DNA from: Mayamaea pseudoterrestris | Taxonomy: Eukaryota | Direction of reading: 5' to 3' | NCBI GenBank assembly: GCA_027923505.1 | Contig: BROI01000002.1 | Span: forward strand, 2,666,001 to 2,730,000 | Length of the DNA: 64,000 nucleotides | Shown here: positions 46,169 to 58,181 of the stretch, piece by piece | How the letters are laid out: each line of letters starts with the position of its first letter | How positions within the stretch are numbered: the first letter of the stretch is position 1 | Translations under genes and position numbers: made by a program | The notes under the pieces: model-generated | Databases searched by the model: none | What the model was told of the DNA's origin: nothing | Seen by the model: the letters and a program-made list of their open reading frames with translations, nothing else

Positions 46169-48652
46169 ATGAGAATTCGCTGTATAACACAGTGCATAAT
46201 ATGGTTCTTTTTATTTGCTGTCGATGCCCGTCAGATTCCGTTGCCTCATCTATCGGAGAATCTAGACGGACGAGTGTACGACGATGATCAAGCACTGCCA
46301 ACGACGCAGCAAACTCATCCCAATCAACCTCCGCAGCATTATATACCTGCGTTGACGATTGATCCTTCCGTTGCGACACTGATAAAAGCGGCTTATGCTC
46401 GCCTCGTGACCCTTATCAGTCATAAACCACCAGTCGGCATTGTTTTGTCAGCCGTCATGTACCGACTTGTTGTCAAGGGCCGTCTGTTTAGACTCCACGA
46501 CGCCAAAGATAGCAATCAACCTGGACGGGGCCGAGCAAGACGGAGGGAAAAATCTCATCGAGCAATAGTATTAGACGAGAATGATCAGTTATACGTTACG
46601 CAAGGAGGCGTCCAGTCTGTTCGAAGAAGGCTGCTACAATCGATCACTGCAAGTCTTTTGGAATTTCACCCATTGGCACATCGTTCAACTTTAGATGATC
46701 ACGCAGTAAGACCAGCCATTGTACTTCTCGAAGCGATGGTTGCATGTCTCAAGGTTACGCATCACCCTGGCTCTTTAAAAGTAGGCTACATTCGAGATTT
46801 GATTGAGCCATACTCTCGACTGCGTTCCTTGTCCAGCGATGCTTCTATACTTCCCAGCCGCATTGGCAAGCACGAGGAAGTACTTGATCCAATCGAAAAG
46901 CAGAGGATACTCGATCTTTGCTTGGCTACCATGGATGTTTGCTTGACGGACGCCCTTCTGCGACTCTGTCGTGATCGCCTGCTGTCAAGTAGTCTTCGAC
47001 TGGCTCGTGCCAAGGAATACTGGAAGCGAAGGGTGAATGGTCTGCAAGGTCTGCCCAAACTCTTTCCTCTTGACAAGCTCGTCGAAGGGGACCGGATGAG
47101 ACTTTCTTTGGCATCAGCTGCCTTGCAACAAGAGCTTACAAGACTTGGTCAAATTGGGGCTGTATTGTTGGACACGCCCACGGATATTCAGCAAGAATTG
47201 TTGATTAAAGCACTACGCGAGTCGGATAGTGAACGACGCAATGAAAAGCAGACAGGAAAGCCCCAACATGACAACCAGAAACCATGGCACATACCCAACC
47301 TAGGTTCGTTATCTAACAAAGCCTCTCAATATTACCGAGACAACTCGTTTCATTTTCGAAAAATGGGAAGCGGGGATATTCGGGGCAAGGCGGCCATTGC
47401 ATGCCTGTCGGACAAATGGAATGAACAAGACGCTTGGATGAGGACGACCAGCGGTTGGAGTATCCGTGCCAAGCGCTTCCTTTGTGCGGTTGTACAAGAT
47501 ACTCTGACCAACAGCGTCCCAGGGGACGAATTTAATGCCGCAGATTTCTCAGCGTTGGAGAAATTATATTGCGCTTCGCCATTGCAGCCGAAAAGTATGG
47601 GCGTGGAGCTTGCAAAATTTATCAAGTATGTGGAGAGCATGTCAGCTTGGAGACGCGTCGGAGAAGGCAAAGAGCTTCGTCTAGGAGATACATTCATTGC
47701 AGACTGGTCAAGGAGGCTGGATTTTTTAGGCATACCTTCATCGCTTCTTGCTGTTTGGGTTGCCACGCGAGCTCATGCAATCTTACAACCATACTGGCCT
47801 CGTTTCAGACAAGAAGCTATTGACTTTGCGACCAAATCAAAAGAAATTGTCTTTACTAGACTCGTTATTCCGATACAAGAAATTGCGGCCGATATTCTCA
47901 ACAAACACCCGGGAATGATGGCAGGCTTTGGGCTTGACGAGGAAAGCTCGTCGCTTGACCGCATGCTTCGAGACATGGGATTCGGCGACGGGACAGAAGC
48001 TTCTCGACACGAAGCGCTAATGCAAGCGACCGACGAGTATGAGAAAGATCTGCAGAGTAGCCTATTTGGAATGTTGGTGAAAGGAAGGCTTGTTACGCTG
48101 TTACTTTTACAAATGCAGCAGCTTAAAGTTGGTCTATTGTCAGCACTAGCTGACATTGATGTCTTGATGCAGGGAAATCGAATAAATTTTCAGCTCATGG
48201 CAGCAATTCCAGCAGTCGTTCTTGTATACTTTGGCGCTCATTTTTCAATGCGTCGGTTGTACAATATCCGAGCCAAAGACTTGCGACCCGTCACTGCAGT
48301 GCATGCGGACATGACAATCTACCTCAATGACATGGAGCGAGTCATTTTGTCGACAACCGAAACAATGGGCGACTGCAACAACGTAAATCTACGCCAAGTC
48401 TCATCACCTTCGCTGATATCACTGTTGTCTTACTCTGAATATGGACGGTGGATGTTGACGATGCACCGCTATCTCATTCTACTGGATTATTCTTCGCCGC
48501 CATATCCACAAATGAGCTGCAGCGACATTCACTTGTCCCTTCTGAGCTTTGGAGGTCGCAACGGAGCACTATCAACGTCGGGGAGTGCTCGGAACTTGGA
48601 GATATTACGTCGAATACAGCAAAAGCACGAGGGATTGAATAAATTTTTGTAA
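46169..48652 (+). CDS. NCA2/DGS1-like protein
   Basis: 827-aa ORF. YEKDL...GRLVTLLLLQMQQLK...DIDVLMQGNRINFQLMAAIPA matches the NCA2 domain pattern as I recall it. Confidence 0.75.
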   Translation: MRIRCITQCIIWFFLFAVDARQIPLPHLSENLDGRVYDDDQALPTTQQTHPNQPPQHYIPALTIDPSVATLIKAAYARLVTLISHKPPVGIVLSAVMYRLVVKGRLFRLHDAKDSNQPGRGRARRREKSHRAIVLDENDQLYVTQGGVQSVRRRLLQSITASLLEFHPLAHRSTLDDHAVRPAIVLLEAMVACLKVTHHPGSLKVGYIRDLIEPYSRLRSLSSDASILPSRIGKHEEVLDPIEKQRILDLCLATMDVCLTDALLRLCRDRLLSSSLRLARAKEYWKRRVNGLQGLPKLFPLDKLVEGDRMRLSLASAALQQELTRLGQIGAVLLDTPTDIQQELLIKALRESDSERRNEKQTGKPQHDNQKPWHIPNLGSLSNKASQYYRDNSFHFRKMGSGDIRGKAAIACLSDKWNEQDAWMRTTSGWSIRAKRFLCAVVQDTLTNSVPGDEFNAADFSALEKLYCASPLQPKSMGVELAKFIKYVESMSAWRRVGEGKELRLGDTFIADWSRRLDFLGIPSSLLAVWVATRAHAILQPYWPRFRQEAIDFATKSKEIVFTRLVIPIQEIAADILNKHPGMMAGFGLDEESSSLDRMLRDMGFGDGTEASRHEALMQATDEYEKDLQSSLFGMLVKGRLVTLLLLQMQQLKVGLLSALADIDVLMQGNRINFQLMAAIPAVVLVYFGAHFSMRRLYNIRAKDLRPVTAVHADMTIYLNDMERVILSTTETMGDCNNVNLRQVSSPSLISLLSYSEYGRWMLTMHRYLILLDYSSPPYPQMSCSDIHLSLLSFGGRNGALSTSGSARNLEILRRIQQKHEGLNKFL

Positions 48653-48729
48653 ACATGTATCATACTAGCCATTATTTATTTTTATACTACGAACATCAAA
48701 CCATGTACGGCTTGCTTAAGCAGTACCGC

Positions 48730-49449
48730 TTATACATCCAAAGAGTCAAGCGAAGTTATTGACGGCGCCCTTGGAATCTCACTCCCTTGGCCGCCCATGG
48801 CCCCCAGTAGGGGACGATTATGCACCGGCAAGATCGGCGGAGGAAATGTAATAATTTCTTTATCGCCAGTTCCATTCTGAGTCGGCGCGAACTGGTCAGC
48901 TGGCATTGAGTCGATATCAATGTTATTCTCCAGCAAGGCGGCAAAACGATTTTCTCGTTCCATTGCCGTAACGGCTGCAGCCTTCTTTTGTGTTTGCTGC
49001 AATAGAAAGCTTGACGCTGCCTCACCCGAGCCATTGGTCAAATAGTTTATATTGCCACCAATGCCTTCCAAAGCTGCAATGCCGCGTTCGATTGGTTCAT
49101 CATGAACAATGCCAGTGAATATTGGCGGTTGTAAATCAATGACACGAGGGTTCTGTTTCTTTCGGCTTGACGATCCGCCTTTCTTCCAGGCGCAGCGTTC
49201 ATGTAAACTTGCTTGTTCGCGATTAAATTCTTTTTGCTCTGACGAATCTTTCTGAGCCTTCTTTGGTGCCCTTAATGCTTCCTGGCGCTGCCGACGTCGA
49301 GCTTGGCGTGTGGTAGACCCAGCTTGACCAGTGGGTTGCGGCTGCGGCTGTTGGTTCTGCGTTGGTTGACGACCGACTTCGAGCTTTCGAAAAGCCTTGC
49401 TTAGCGTCTTTGCCACCCGCTTCCGCTGCTTATTGTTTGCTTTGACCAT
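48730..49449 (-). CDS. Hypothetical basic protein
   Basis: 239-aa ATG-initiated ORF with a K/R-rich N-terminus; family not recognised. Confidence 0.6.
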   Translation of the reverse strand: MVKANNKQRKRVAKTLSKAFRKLEVGRQPTQNQQPQPQPTGQAGSTTRQARRRQRQEALRAPKKAQKDSSEQKEFNREQASLHERCAWKKGGSSSRKKQNPRVIDLQPPIFTGIVHDEPIERGIAALEGIGGNINYLTNGSGEAASSFLLQQTQKKAAAVTAMERENRFAALLENNIDIDSMPADQFAPTQNGTGDKEIITFPPPILPVHNRPLLGAMGGQGSEIPRAPSITSLDSLDV

Positions 49450-49715
49450 GTTCGAAAAATCAAAAGCGGGTAATGTAATGGTTCATTGTTCACACTGCAT
49501 TCACGTTTGTGGCAGACGGCGACTCGTCGTCACGGTCTCGGAAGCGGTCGTGAAAGGCTTATTTAAACCAATCACATTTAGTACAGTTTTTATCACATTG
49601 AGGCTGAAAACAGGAGGGTAAATAAATGTGTACATAATTAACGCTATGATACGAACTCGATCAAGGGAGTTATCTCCCTTGAACTCGATGTGGGTGAGTT
49701 GCGGCAGGTAAAGTC

Positions 49716-50984
49716 CTACAGCTCTTCACCTTTATGTTTCTTGTTTGAATCACTCGCTGCTGCTTCTAGGCTAGCATCGTTCTCAGTGTTAGCCATATCC
49801 GTATCACCTCCATCAGCATCGCGACGATCGCCACTACTAGTCCTCAGTTTCCAAAATTCAACTTTACGATCAGCCATCATTCCTCCACTCGCAAGCAAAG
49901 AAAGCTTGTCATGAGCCGAAACGGCAAGGACAGAATCCTTGTGTCCTTTCAGTACCTGGCGCACTTGTTTCGACTGTATATCGTAAATGACAACCGAGCC
50001 ATTCTCACTCCCCGTTACTATGTTGCCATGGTAACCAGGAATAAAGTCGCTCACCACCGAGTACTTTGTGTGTATATGTTCAAATGAAGAGTAGCTTTTA
50101 CTGCATGACTGACTTTTGCTGGTGGTTGTCACTGGCCACAGCCGTATCACAGAGTCCAGAGTGCCAGCTAGCAAAAATTTGCCGTTCGGCGAAAATTTGG
50201 CCGAACAGACGGGCGGATTGCCGGCGGCAAAAATGGTCTTGAGACACTCACCCGTCGCCACGTCCCACAGTCGGATCAAACCATCGTGTGACGCTGTGCA
50301 GACACAAGTTCCGTCGCGATTGAAACTGACCGAGGTGACAGGTTCCGAATGTGCTGGCAGAGTGCATACGCAGTCGCCCGTCCGAAGATCCCAAAGCTTG
50401 ACCGTCTCATCAAACGAGCCAGAAACAACCTACAAATGCAATCAAGGAGTGAGGCGACAGGATTATTCATACTAAGTACAGCGAACACATAGCCACCTTA
50501 CCATTGTTTGCTGCTGATCGACACAAAAGACAAAATTTTCGTGTCCTTTGAGCTCACTGAGCGACTCTCCCGTGGCAATATCCCAAATCCGTACTGTTTT
50601 ATCGTCGCTTGCACTAGCTAATAATGCCGCATATGGATTCCAGCATACTTCATTTACTCCGCGTGCATGTCCACGACATTGTGTCGTCGGCGTCAAGGCT
50701 TTTCGATGCGTGTCGTCCAAAGTTTCCTCCAATACTACATCTTGACTTAGATTCCAAATCTTGATGGAAGAGCTTGCGCTGGCACTAGCTACCATAACGC
50801 TGGATCCTTGACATAGTCTGGAAGGAGCGAATTTGACCGAGCTGACGGCCCTCTCATGGTCTCCAAACACGTTCAGGCGGACGAATTCATCCGTGGCGAC
50901 ACGTTCGAGACATTTCTCCTCCAGTTGGGACCTTTTCCTGCTTATTGTCGCATTCTCAGAGTTAATTGCTTCAATATTAGCCAT
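49716..50984 (-). CDS. WDR5: WD40 protein WDR5 (COMPASS subunit), intron 50430-50501
   Basis: HERAVSSVKFAP, LASASDDKTVRIWD, LKGHENFVFCV, VSGSFDETVKLWD, NPPVCSAKFSPNGKFLLAGTLD and IVTGSENGSVVIYD. Confidence 0.88.
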
Positions 50985-51038
50985 TTTACAACGCCGGCTA
51001 CAAGTATATCAGAGAGTTGATGTTTGTTTTACAGATGA

Positions 51039-52332
51039 ATGCATGGATACCGTCGGTATGCACAACCGGCTTGCCGCCGTCCTTCCGGTACTGATCTGAC
51101 ATGCGACAGCATCAACTCGTCGTTCCGACGACCGATTGCAGCACTGATCGTATCCAACTTTCGTAGCATGGTTGTTCCTTTCTGGGAGCTGCAGCAAGAG
51201 CACGAAGGAAAGGAGAAAGATGTTCAACTCAATAATGGATTTGCTCATCACGGAGAAGAGTTTGATGCTTTGAACCGCCACCACAGTAGAACAGGCATGA
51301 AACAATTCACGGTACCCGTTGTTCAGAGACGAAACTTGACGTATATAAAGATGTCTGACAGGACAATGAAGAAAAATATTATCAAATCTACCGGGTAAGC
51401 TTTCAAAATACCTACCATTCAAGACTAGACCATCCAATGTCTCTCACCCAACTCATTTCCATGTTACTCACAATTGGATCCATGATAGAATATATGCATT
51501 CCACCTGCTTAGCGAAAATCAACATTCAGTCGAAAGTGGTCTCATTCAGAATGATTTTGTTTGCCCTCTTTGTTCATTTGACTCGCGAGCATTGCCTCAT
51601 GTTTGGATCCACTTGAAAACATTTCACTCGGGAACGTTTTCCTTCCAGCACCGGACGACTCCCGACAATCAGCTACACATTTTAGCCAAGCCGCTGAAAC
51701 AGCACAAGCCAGAAGCAAGACCACCAAAAGGAACTTCAGAACTCATCTACTTTGAAACTCTGTGTCGTTACAAGGACTACCACAATTTTCCAAATCAAGG
51801 AAGTGTCAAGCCACAAGACTTAATCACGCTACTACCTCCATATAGAGTCTCCTTTCCTGATCGACCATACTACCATCCAGAGACTGGCTGCGTACTTACA
51901 CTTGGTCAATGGCTGCATGAAACAGAACATGTTAGTTTGAATCCCGAGTGGCAACGAAAGATGGAGAATGGCATGATTGATGAGTTTTCTGATGTTTTGG
52001 CAACTGAAAAGGCATTTCTCAAGCTCTGGAATGGATACATGGCCAATGGCATTATGTTCTTTCCTGACTTGTTGCCACAACTTGTTCATTTTGTGGAGAA
52101 ATTTGCAAAGGCTATTTGTGAACAAGACTTGAACGGTGAGCTCCTTGCCCACCTGATGAATATGTGGGACCATGGCCACATTAGTCGCCAAGCCATGCAT
52201 TGGCTTTGTCGGCGCTACAGTGAATTGATTCATACTGACAAGTCTACTGTGAGAGCCACCAAGCCAGCTCAAACGCTAGTATGTATGATGGCAAGGCCAA
52301 TGGGCAAGCGAAAATTTGCAGAGTCATCATGA
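51039..52332 (+). CDS. SUZ12: SUZ12/EMF2-like Polycomb protein (C2H2 finger plus VEFS box)
   Basis: QRRNLTY, then CPLCSFDSRALPHVWIHLKTFH at 51562, then VEFS-like RPYYH...EW...MIDEFSDV..TEKAFLKLWN...LAHLMNMWDHGHIS. The two frames join near 51370-51400 by an intron or a frameshift. Start uncertain. Confidence 0.8.
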
Positions 52333-52399
52333 ACATGTTTGCCTTCTCTAACTAGCTTATAAGTCAGACACTCAAGGCTGGTCAAGTAATGATACTTTA

Positions 52400-54803
52400 G
52401 ATTAATTTGTTTGCTTAATTATAACTTTTGTTTTGTAGCCCATTGGATAAGGCTTTTGCCATCGCCACATATCTTCACACATGGCATCAACACTGAGTTT
52501 TGCTTCCCAACCTAGCATGGAGCATCCGCATAAACAGTCACCCATCTCCCAGTCTTCTAGATGACAACTTAAAGGGGAGCCACAGAGGGTGACAAGCTTG
52601 GTGCTGCACTGGGAAAGAGAACTGTCCTGCGCTAGGTGACTCACTTGGCTTGGCGCTTGGGTCACTTATTGGCCCACTTGATGGCAAGCTGCTAGGGTGA
52701 GTGCTTGGGAGACACACTGGGAGCCAGGGTGACAAAGGAGACTATCTTCTTGATGATAAGCTTGTTACATCTATTACAGTATGCTACCTAGTCTATGAAG
52801 CAATAGTTCACATAATTAATGACATTACCCTTAGACGTCTAGTTTTCCACAAACAATGTACGGGCACTGGTGATTTCCATGGAAGAAGCCTTAAAATGAC
52901 AATCTTTGATTGTGCGCTTCAACTTGCCAGCCCAAATAACCGTCACTGCTTCATGATGCAAGGCTGCCCATACAATACCGATTAATTGTGGTAGGATATA
53001 TCTGGACATGCTTCACTGACATTAATGGGTGTAACTTGGTAAACATGCCGTACTTCTTGGTGTTTGTGTAGTCTACTCCAAATGGCCGGTGGTTCTGCAA
53101 CATCTTCTACCCCAATCCAGTTGATTTGGCAATCTTTGTGCACGCGGAGCGCACAAAAGTTTGTTGCCAGGCATTGTAAAACCATTGATCCTACCACTTT
53201 CCCCACCCTGCGAATGTGTTTTGAGCATGATATAAGCATGGGTAGAGTTCAACAACCGTTTGTCAAAATGGGATGGCAAGTCACTATTTACTGTTAATGC
53301 AAAGACTTTTTGCAAGCTTTGTTTATCTGCACTTACAGTGAAATTGACAAACGCTAGAAAAGCAGTCATCACTGACGTACCAAATGCCCAATCAACAAGT
53401 GTGCATAGGCCCTCATTGTATTCCTCGGAAATATAAGAGCTGGTCATCGTGAGAACTACTCTGAAAGTGGTTTGCAGCATCAAGAGAGCACTATCAGCCC
53501 TGCCATCCTGTGGGCAAATTGAGCATATGAGCAACATCAAAGACAAGAACAAAAAAGATGGCAAACTGAATACGTACATGCAAGGAGGAGACAAATTTCG
53601 GGAGAAGGCCCAAGATGCCCGCCGCAAAAAGTGTCGTCACAAATTTACTTGGGCGAGCTGCAACATGTTTTTCAAACAGTATAGGCAATCATGTTGAGGG
53701 GTAATGCTTTCCTTTCATCAAAGCGTTGTCAACCAATGCAGCCTGGCTCGTTAGAAGTCCTATCAACCCGGGAATAAGTCTTTCACCATGTAGGGTGGCA
53801 AGATTCTCACTTGATCATATGTCTTGGTGGGTGAAATGTTGGGCAAACACTCTCAGCAGTGCTGCCAACCAAAAGCAAAATATGGGGCTCACCTGGATGG
53901 TCAGAATGGGCCACTAGGAAAGCACCAACAAGGCCCCCAAGGCAGCCCAAATCAATAGATGGGTGATGCTCAAACAATTCCTGAAAAAGGCCTAACACCA
54001 CAAGGCAGCTTGGAATTGTCAATCTCATCCAGACTATGATGTTAGGCTTGAAATGCCGTAGATGATTGAAGAGAGACATGGTTAGCAATGGAATAATAAA
54101 CTTAGTCAAGAATTGACAAATGCAACTTACAAGATATTTGAGTATAATCCGCAGTGTACCAAAAGCAAAGGCTCCTGTCTGCAGAGACGAGTCATAATTT
54201 TGGCTGCAATTACTCTCACGTCGTTGTTCGCAGAGTCTGGCCCAAAGTGTAGGAGTGTTCGTGAAAGACATCTTACTGCGGTCACATTAATCACGGGCCA
54301 CAAGCTTTGAACATGGTGAGCACCTCAACCAGTCCTGCCGCTGCACGGAAGATGTCAACCATTCTGGCATGGGCCCAAAATGCGAATGCGAGTAGATGGG
54401 CAATATTCTCAAATGATGTTTGAGAACAATGCCAGTAGAGGTATTTATCCCCAGTATCTGCCGCAGTCGACGCTGCATATGTACGTATGAATCCAAGGCA
54501 GTAGACCATATATGCGCTACACTCAGCAACCATTTCGTTCATGGCACATTGCCCCATGTAGTCATTGATAAAGGCAAATGCCTTTACCAGTTCCTGAACC
54601 ACAGCTGGGTTGGCAAAACAACCTCTTCCATTTCAATTTACGCTGGCGAAAAGGTGTTGTGAACATGTTGGAGAAGAGCTGATATAGGCACGAATAAAGT
54701 GTGAGGTAGGAGCCTCATAATAAATGAACACTTGAGTACAAGTTTTGGAGCCGCTATTGACAGTTGAAGTTGCTGGTGCTCCTGCCTCTTCAGCTGTACT
54801 TAC
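52400..54803 (-). pseudogene. Decayed, CpG-poor, protein-like sequence of unknown origin
   Basis: Leu-rich helical peptide stretches interrupted by many stops, plus a PSxxPS repeat near 52620-52720. Confidence 0.3.
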
Positions 54804-56244
54804 TGACACGATAATATTAAACAAACCTTTATTCCAGCAACTACAATGGACTAGGAGCAATCAACCTCTTCATCCAGAGTAAAGCAAACAAACAAACTCA
54901 ATTGCCAGAATAGTGTGTGTTACTTGCTACTCTACTCGTGCTCTTTGTCTCTGTTCTCACTGGGTTCATGGTCGAGGTTCACGCCTCGACCCTCAGCGAA
55001 TTCATACATGTATGTGAGGATTCGGTCACATGAGTGACTCAATCCAGCACAGGATTCAAATGTTTACAAACACAGGTAGCTAACCATCTTGTCATAAGAC
55101 ACAGGTCAACTCAACTCAATAATACTGTGTCATCCCCTTTAATCTAGGCTTGTGACAATGATCGGTTTGCCGTGTCGCCCTTCCAGAAAAGAATCGGGAC
55201 AATCAACGGGCGGAATGTGGCATGCAAGAACTTGGTAAGAACGTCGGCAACGTTCTGCTTGCCGAAGATGTGCTCAAAATACAGAACATTGCTTGCAATG
55301 GCCTCACGGACTTGATGGTAGGTGAGCGCATTGTGTCACTTAGAAAGTGTGGAGTGCGGGATCATTGACAACTTCTTGATGCTTTCGTTGTCACTGAACA
55401 TCCAGGCTGGTCCACTCAAAGGAACTCCTAACATGCATAGGGAGTATTGGAAATCCATAATCTGTTCTGTTGGGGTCTTGGCGACGACAAACTTGGATCC
55501 ATACGTTGCAGTCTCAACAGTATTCTGATGCTTACAAAACCATTCAACGGGCGTCTGGTTCAGGAAATGTAGGACTCCCATGGCGGAACGTCTGGTTGTG
55601 TAATCATGATACAGGTTCGCGCCCATAAAGGTAGATAGTTGCACAGGTTTGCCCTTTGGGACCAGCATATTCCACGAAAGCTCTTCGCTGGAGTCGCCGT
55701 AGACCAATTGCAACCAATTGTACTTGGTAAGTTCCCCGTGATCAACGATCTTTGTTTGGAAATGAATCGCCGCATCAGGGTACTCAGCTAGGTAACCGCA
55801 GACTCGCTTGGCTCGGTCCAGGTGTCGCGCCACGAAATTGGCCAAGTGTCATCAGGGCACAATGTATGTCAAATCAACACAGTGTCACTGCCCACTGGAG
55901 GGCACCAATAAGAGACTGGTACTGTTGAATGCCACGGGCATTCAGCTCTTCGGTAAGGTCAAGTTTGGGGTGGTCCCCGTCGTCAAGCGGTGACTTGCAC
56001 TTGCGTGGCTTTTCGCCAAACTATGGTTTCATAGTTCTTGAGCATGCGACCAATGTAAGTCTTTGCGCTCATGCAGAGGGTTCCATCAGGGTCACAATAG
56101 AAGTTGGCTCCAAGGTGATACTTGATATCGGTTAGGCTTGTGGATCTTCACACCGACGTACTTGTAGTGAGTGCCACAATCTTTCATCCAAACGTCAGGG
56201 TCCACGTAACTTGGGTGAAATCCAATGTCGCAGAGTGTGTCAGC
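54804..56244 (-). mobile_element. Old degenerate 3' portion (RT/RNase H, PPT, LTR 54804-55132) of the same family as 21734-28363
   Basis: HLDRAKRVCGYLAEYPDAAI and TVETATYGSKF are near-identical to the intact copy. The LTR is diverged and followed by TCCCCTTT, the PPT complement. Confidence 0.93.
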
Positions 56245-56574
56245 TGACACGATAATATCAGACGAACCTTTATTCCAGCGACTACAATGGACTCGGAGCG
56301 ATCAACCTCTTCGTCCAGCGTAAAAGCAAACAAACAAACTCAATTGCTAGAATAGTGCATGTTACTCGCTACTCTACTCGTGCGCTTCTTTCTCGTTCTC
56401 ACTGGGTTCACGGTCGAGGTTCACGCCTCGATCGTCAGCGATTTCACTCATGTATGTGAGGATTCGGTCACAAGTGTGACTCAACCCTGCACAGGATTAA
56501 ATGCATACAAAACACAGGTAGCTAACCGTCTTGTCATGAGACGCAGGTCAACTCAACTCAATAATATTGTGTCA
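56245..56574 (-). mobile_element. Young solo LTR of the 21734 family
   Basis: Almost identical to the reverse complement of 21734-22062. No adjacent PBS or PPT. Confidence 0.93.
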
Positions 56575-56607
56575 ATCTGCAAAAGTACTTTAAACGTAAT
56601 AGTCACA

Positions 56608-56722
56608 TACTTTCAGATTCTGTCTGAATGTAAAAAGTACTTTCAGACATTGTCTGATTAAGCCAGATACTTTCAGACATTGTCTGAATCAGAAAGATAC
56701 TTTCAGACATTGTCTGAAAGTA
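56608..56722. repeat. 30-bp-period array of palindromic TACTTTCAGACATTGTCTGA, 4 copies
   Basis: Units start at 56608, 56638, 56668 and 56698 with variable ~10-nt spacers. Confidence 0.9.
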
Positions 56723-57018
56723 GCAAATCGCAGACTCTGAAACAGCTGGACGGGCAGGCGCGCCGCGCCGGCATTGCCTTCAACTGATCTTCGAAGCGTC
56801 AACGGAAACTTGAGTGCCAGTATGACATTTAGTCACGAAAAGTCATTTTACCGGACGCTCCAGTCTCATGCATCTCATTTGCGCTGACTTGCTATGCTAC
56901 TAATACAGATTATCACGCTGAGCATGACTCCCGCTGCAAGGCTGCCCCTTTCAGTCTACTCAATCTACTACCGGTAGTAGCTGCATCTATGTGCACCCTC
57001 ATCCACGAATCATTTTAC

Positions 57019-58180
57019 CTACGCGTAAGACCGTGGTCGCTGCAATTCGCCCTCCGCCTTGGTGTTTTTACTACGCTCAATTGCCGCCGCAATTCGTTTA
57101 CAATCACTTTTATGGACTTCCCAATGAGCTACCTGGCACTCTTTGCTGCTGTATAAGGGCAAGGAAAAGTGGACGCATAGTGAGAAGCGCACGAGTTTGA
57201 CATACAAAAAATGAACTCCTTCTCTTAAGCGTACCAGTATTCGACATTTTTGCATCGTTTGCATTGGAGCAAACTGTTTTTGTTGCATAAATGTCGACAG
57301 TCTGGATAAAAACATGCATAAGCCATTCCACCGCCAGCTTGGGCTTGCTGAAAAAGCTGCTCACGAGAATCTTCCTTTAAACCGTTACGCATCGCTCTAA
57401 AATCGCGGTAAATCAGCTCGTGTTGGACAGGAACACTTGCCGTGGTGCCTTTTTTCACCCAGGAACATACTGAATCACGAAAGGCTGAAACAGACCGCGT
57501 CACAAAAGCTTGCTTAAGCGCGCTCTTTGCTGCGCGAGGGCTCCGCCGATACCGATCAGCAAGATAGTGCGGAGGCTCGAGAGTATCATCTTGAAAGACG
57601 CGAGTAGCTTTAAAGGCAGCACGCAAGAGATGCACAACCTGATTAACTTGATCCATTGAATCGTCCTGACCACAGCACAGCCAGGCGTTATACATATCGG
57701 TCATTTGGTGCATTGCATTCCAGAAGGTAGGCTCACTGAAAGCCTGATCACTTCCCAAATTATTGAACAATATTCTGAACGCTAAGAGATAGGAATTTTC
57801 CGCAAGCTCCCACTCACTACCATATGTATAGGCAATACCTCGAAGAAGTCGAAAATAAGTCTCACATATATGCCTTTTGCTCAGCCAAGATTCCATCGGT
57901 ATGGAGACATAGTCCCATCCAGATACCCTGGAGCTAAAGTTGCGCGACGGCAAAAGTCGGTTACTTGCACGCCTAATATTCTGTCCATAAGCTTTTGCGC
58001 AAATGCGTACGTCTCAACACCGTTGACGATTTCGCAGTCAACGTCTTACCTCCAAAAGCTTCGATACAGGGTCTTGGCCACGGTCTGTACAGCTCTTGAT
58101 GGAGATGGCTCGTCGAATAGTCTTGCGCCCGCCACTACACGAATCCGACTGCACTCTCGTCGCAAACTAGTAGTTCTATA
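57019..58180 (-). CDS. MYND zinc-finger protein, 5' end unclear
   Basis: Splicing an intron near 57151-57233 gives CFYPDC...CKRCKNVEYCSKECQVAHWEVHKSDC. An upstream open exon has a GTAAG donor near 58050. Confidence 0.8.
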
Positions 58181-58181
58181 T

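Noticed and set aside
56608..56722. CRISPR array
   Set aside because: Spacers are only about 10 nt and partly similar, and no cas genes are present.
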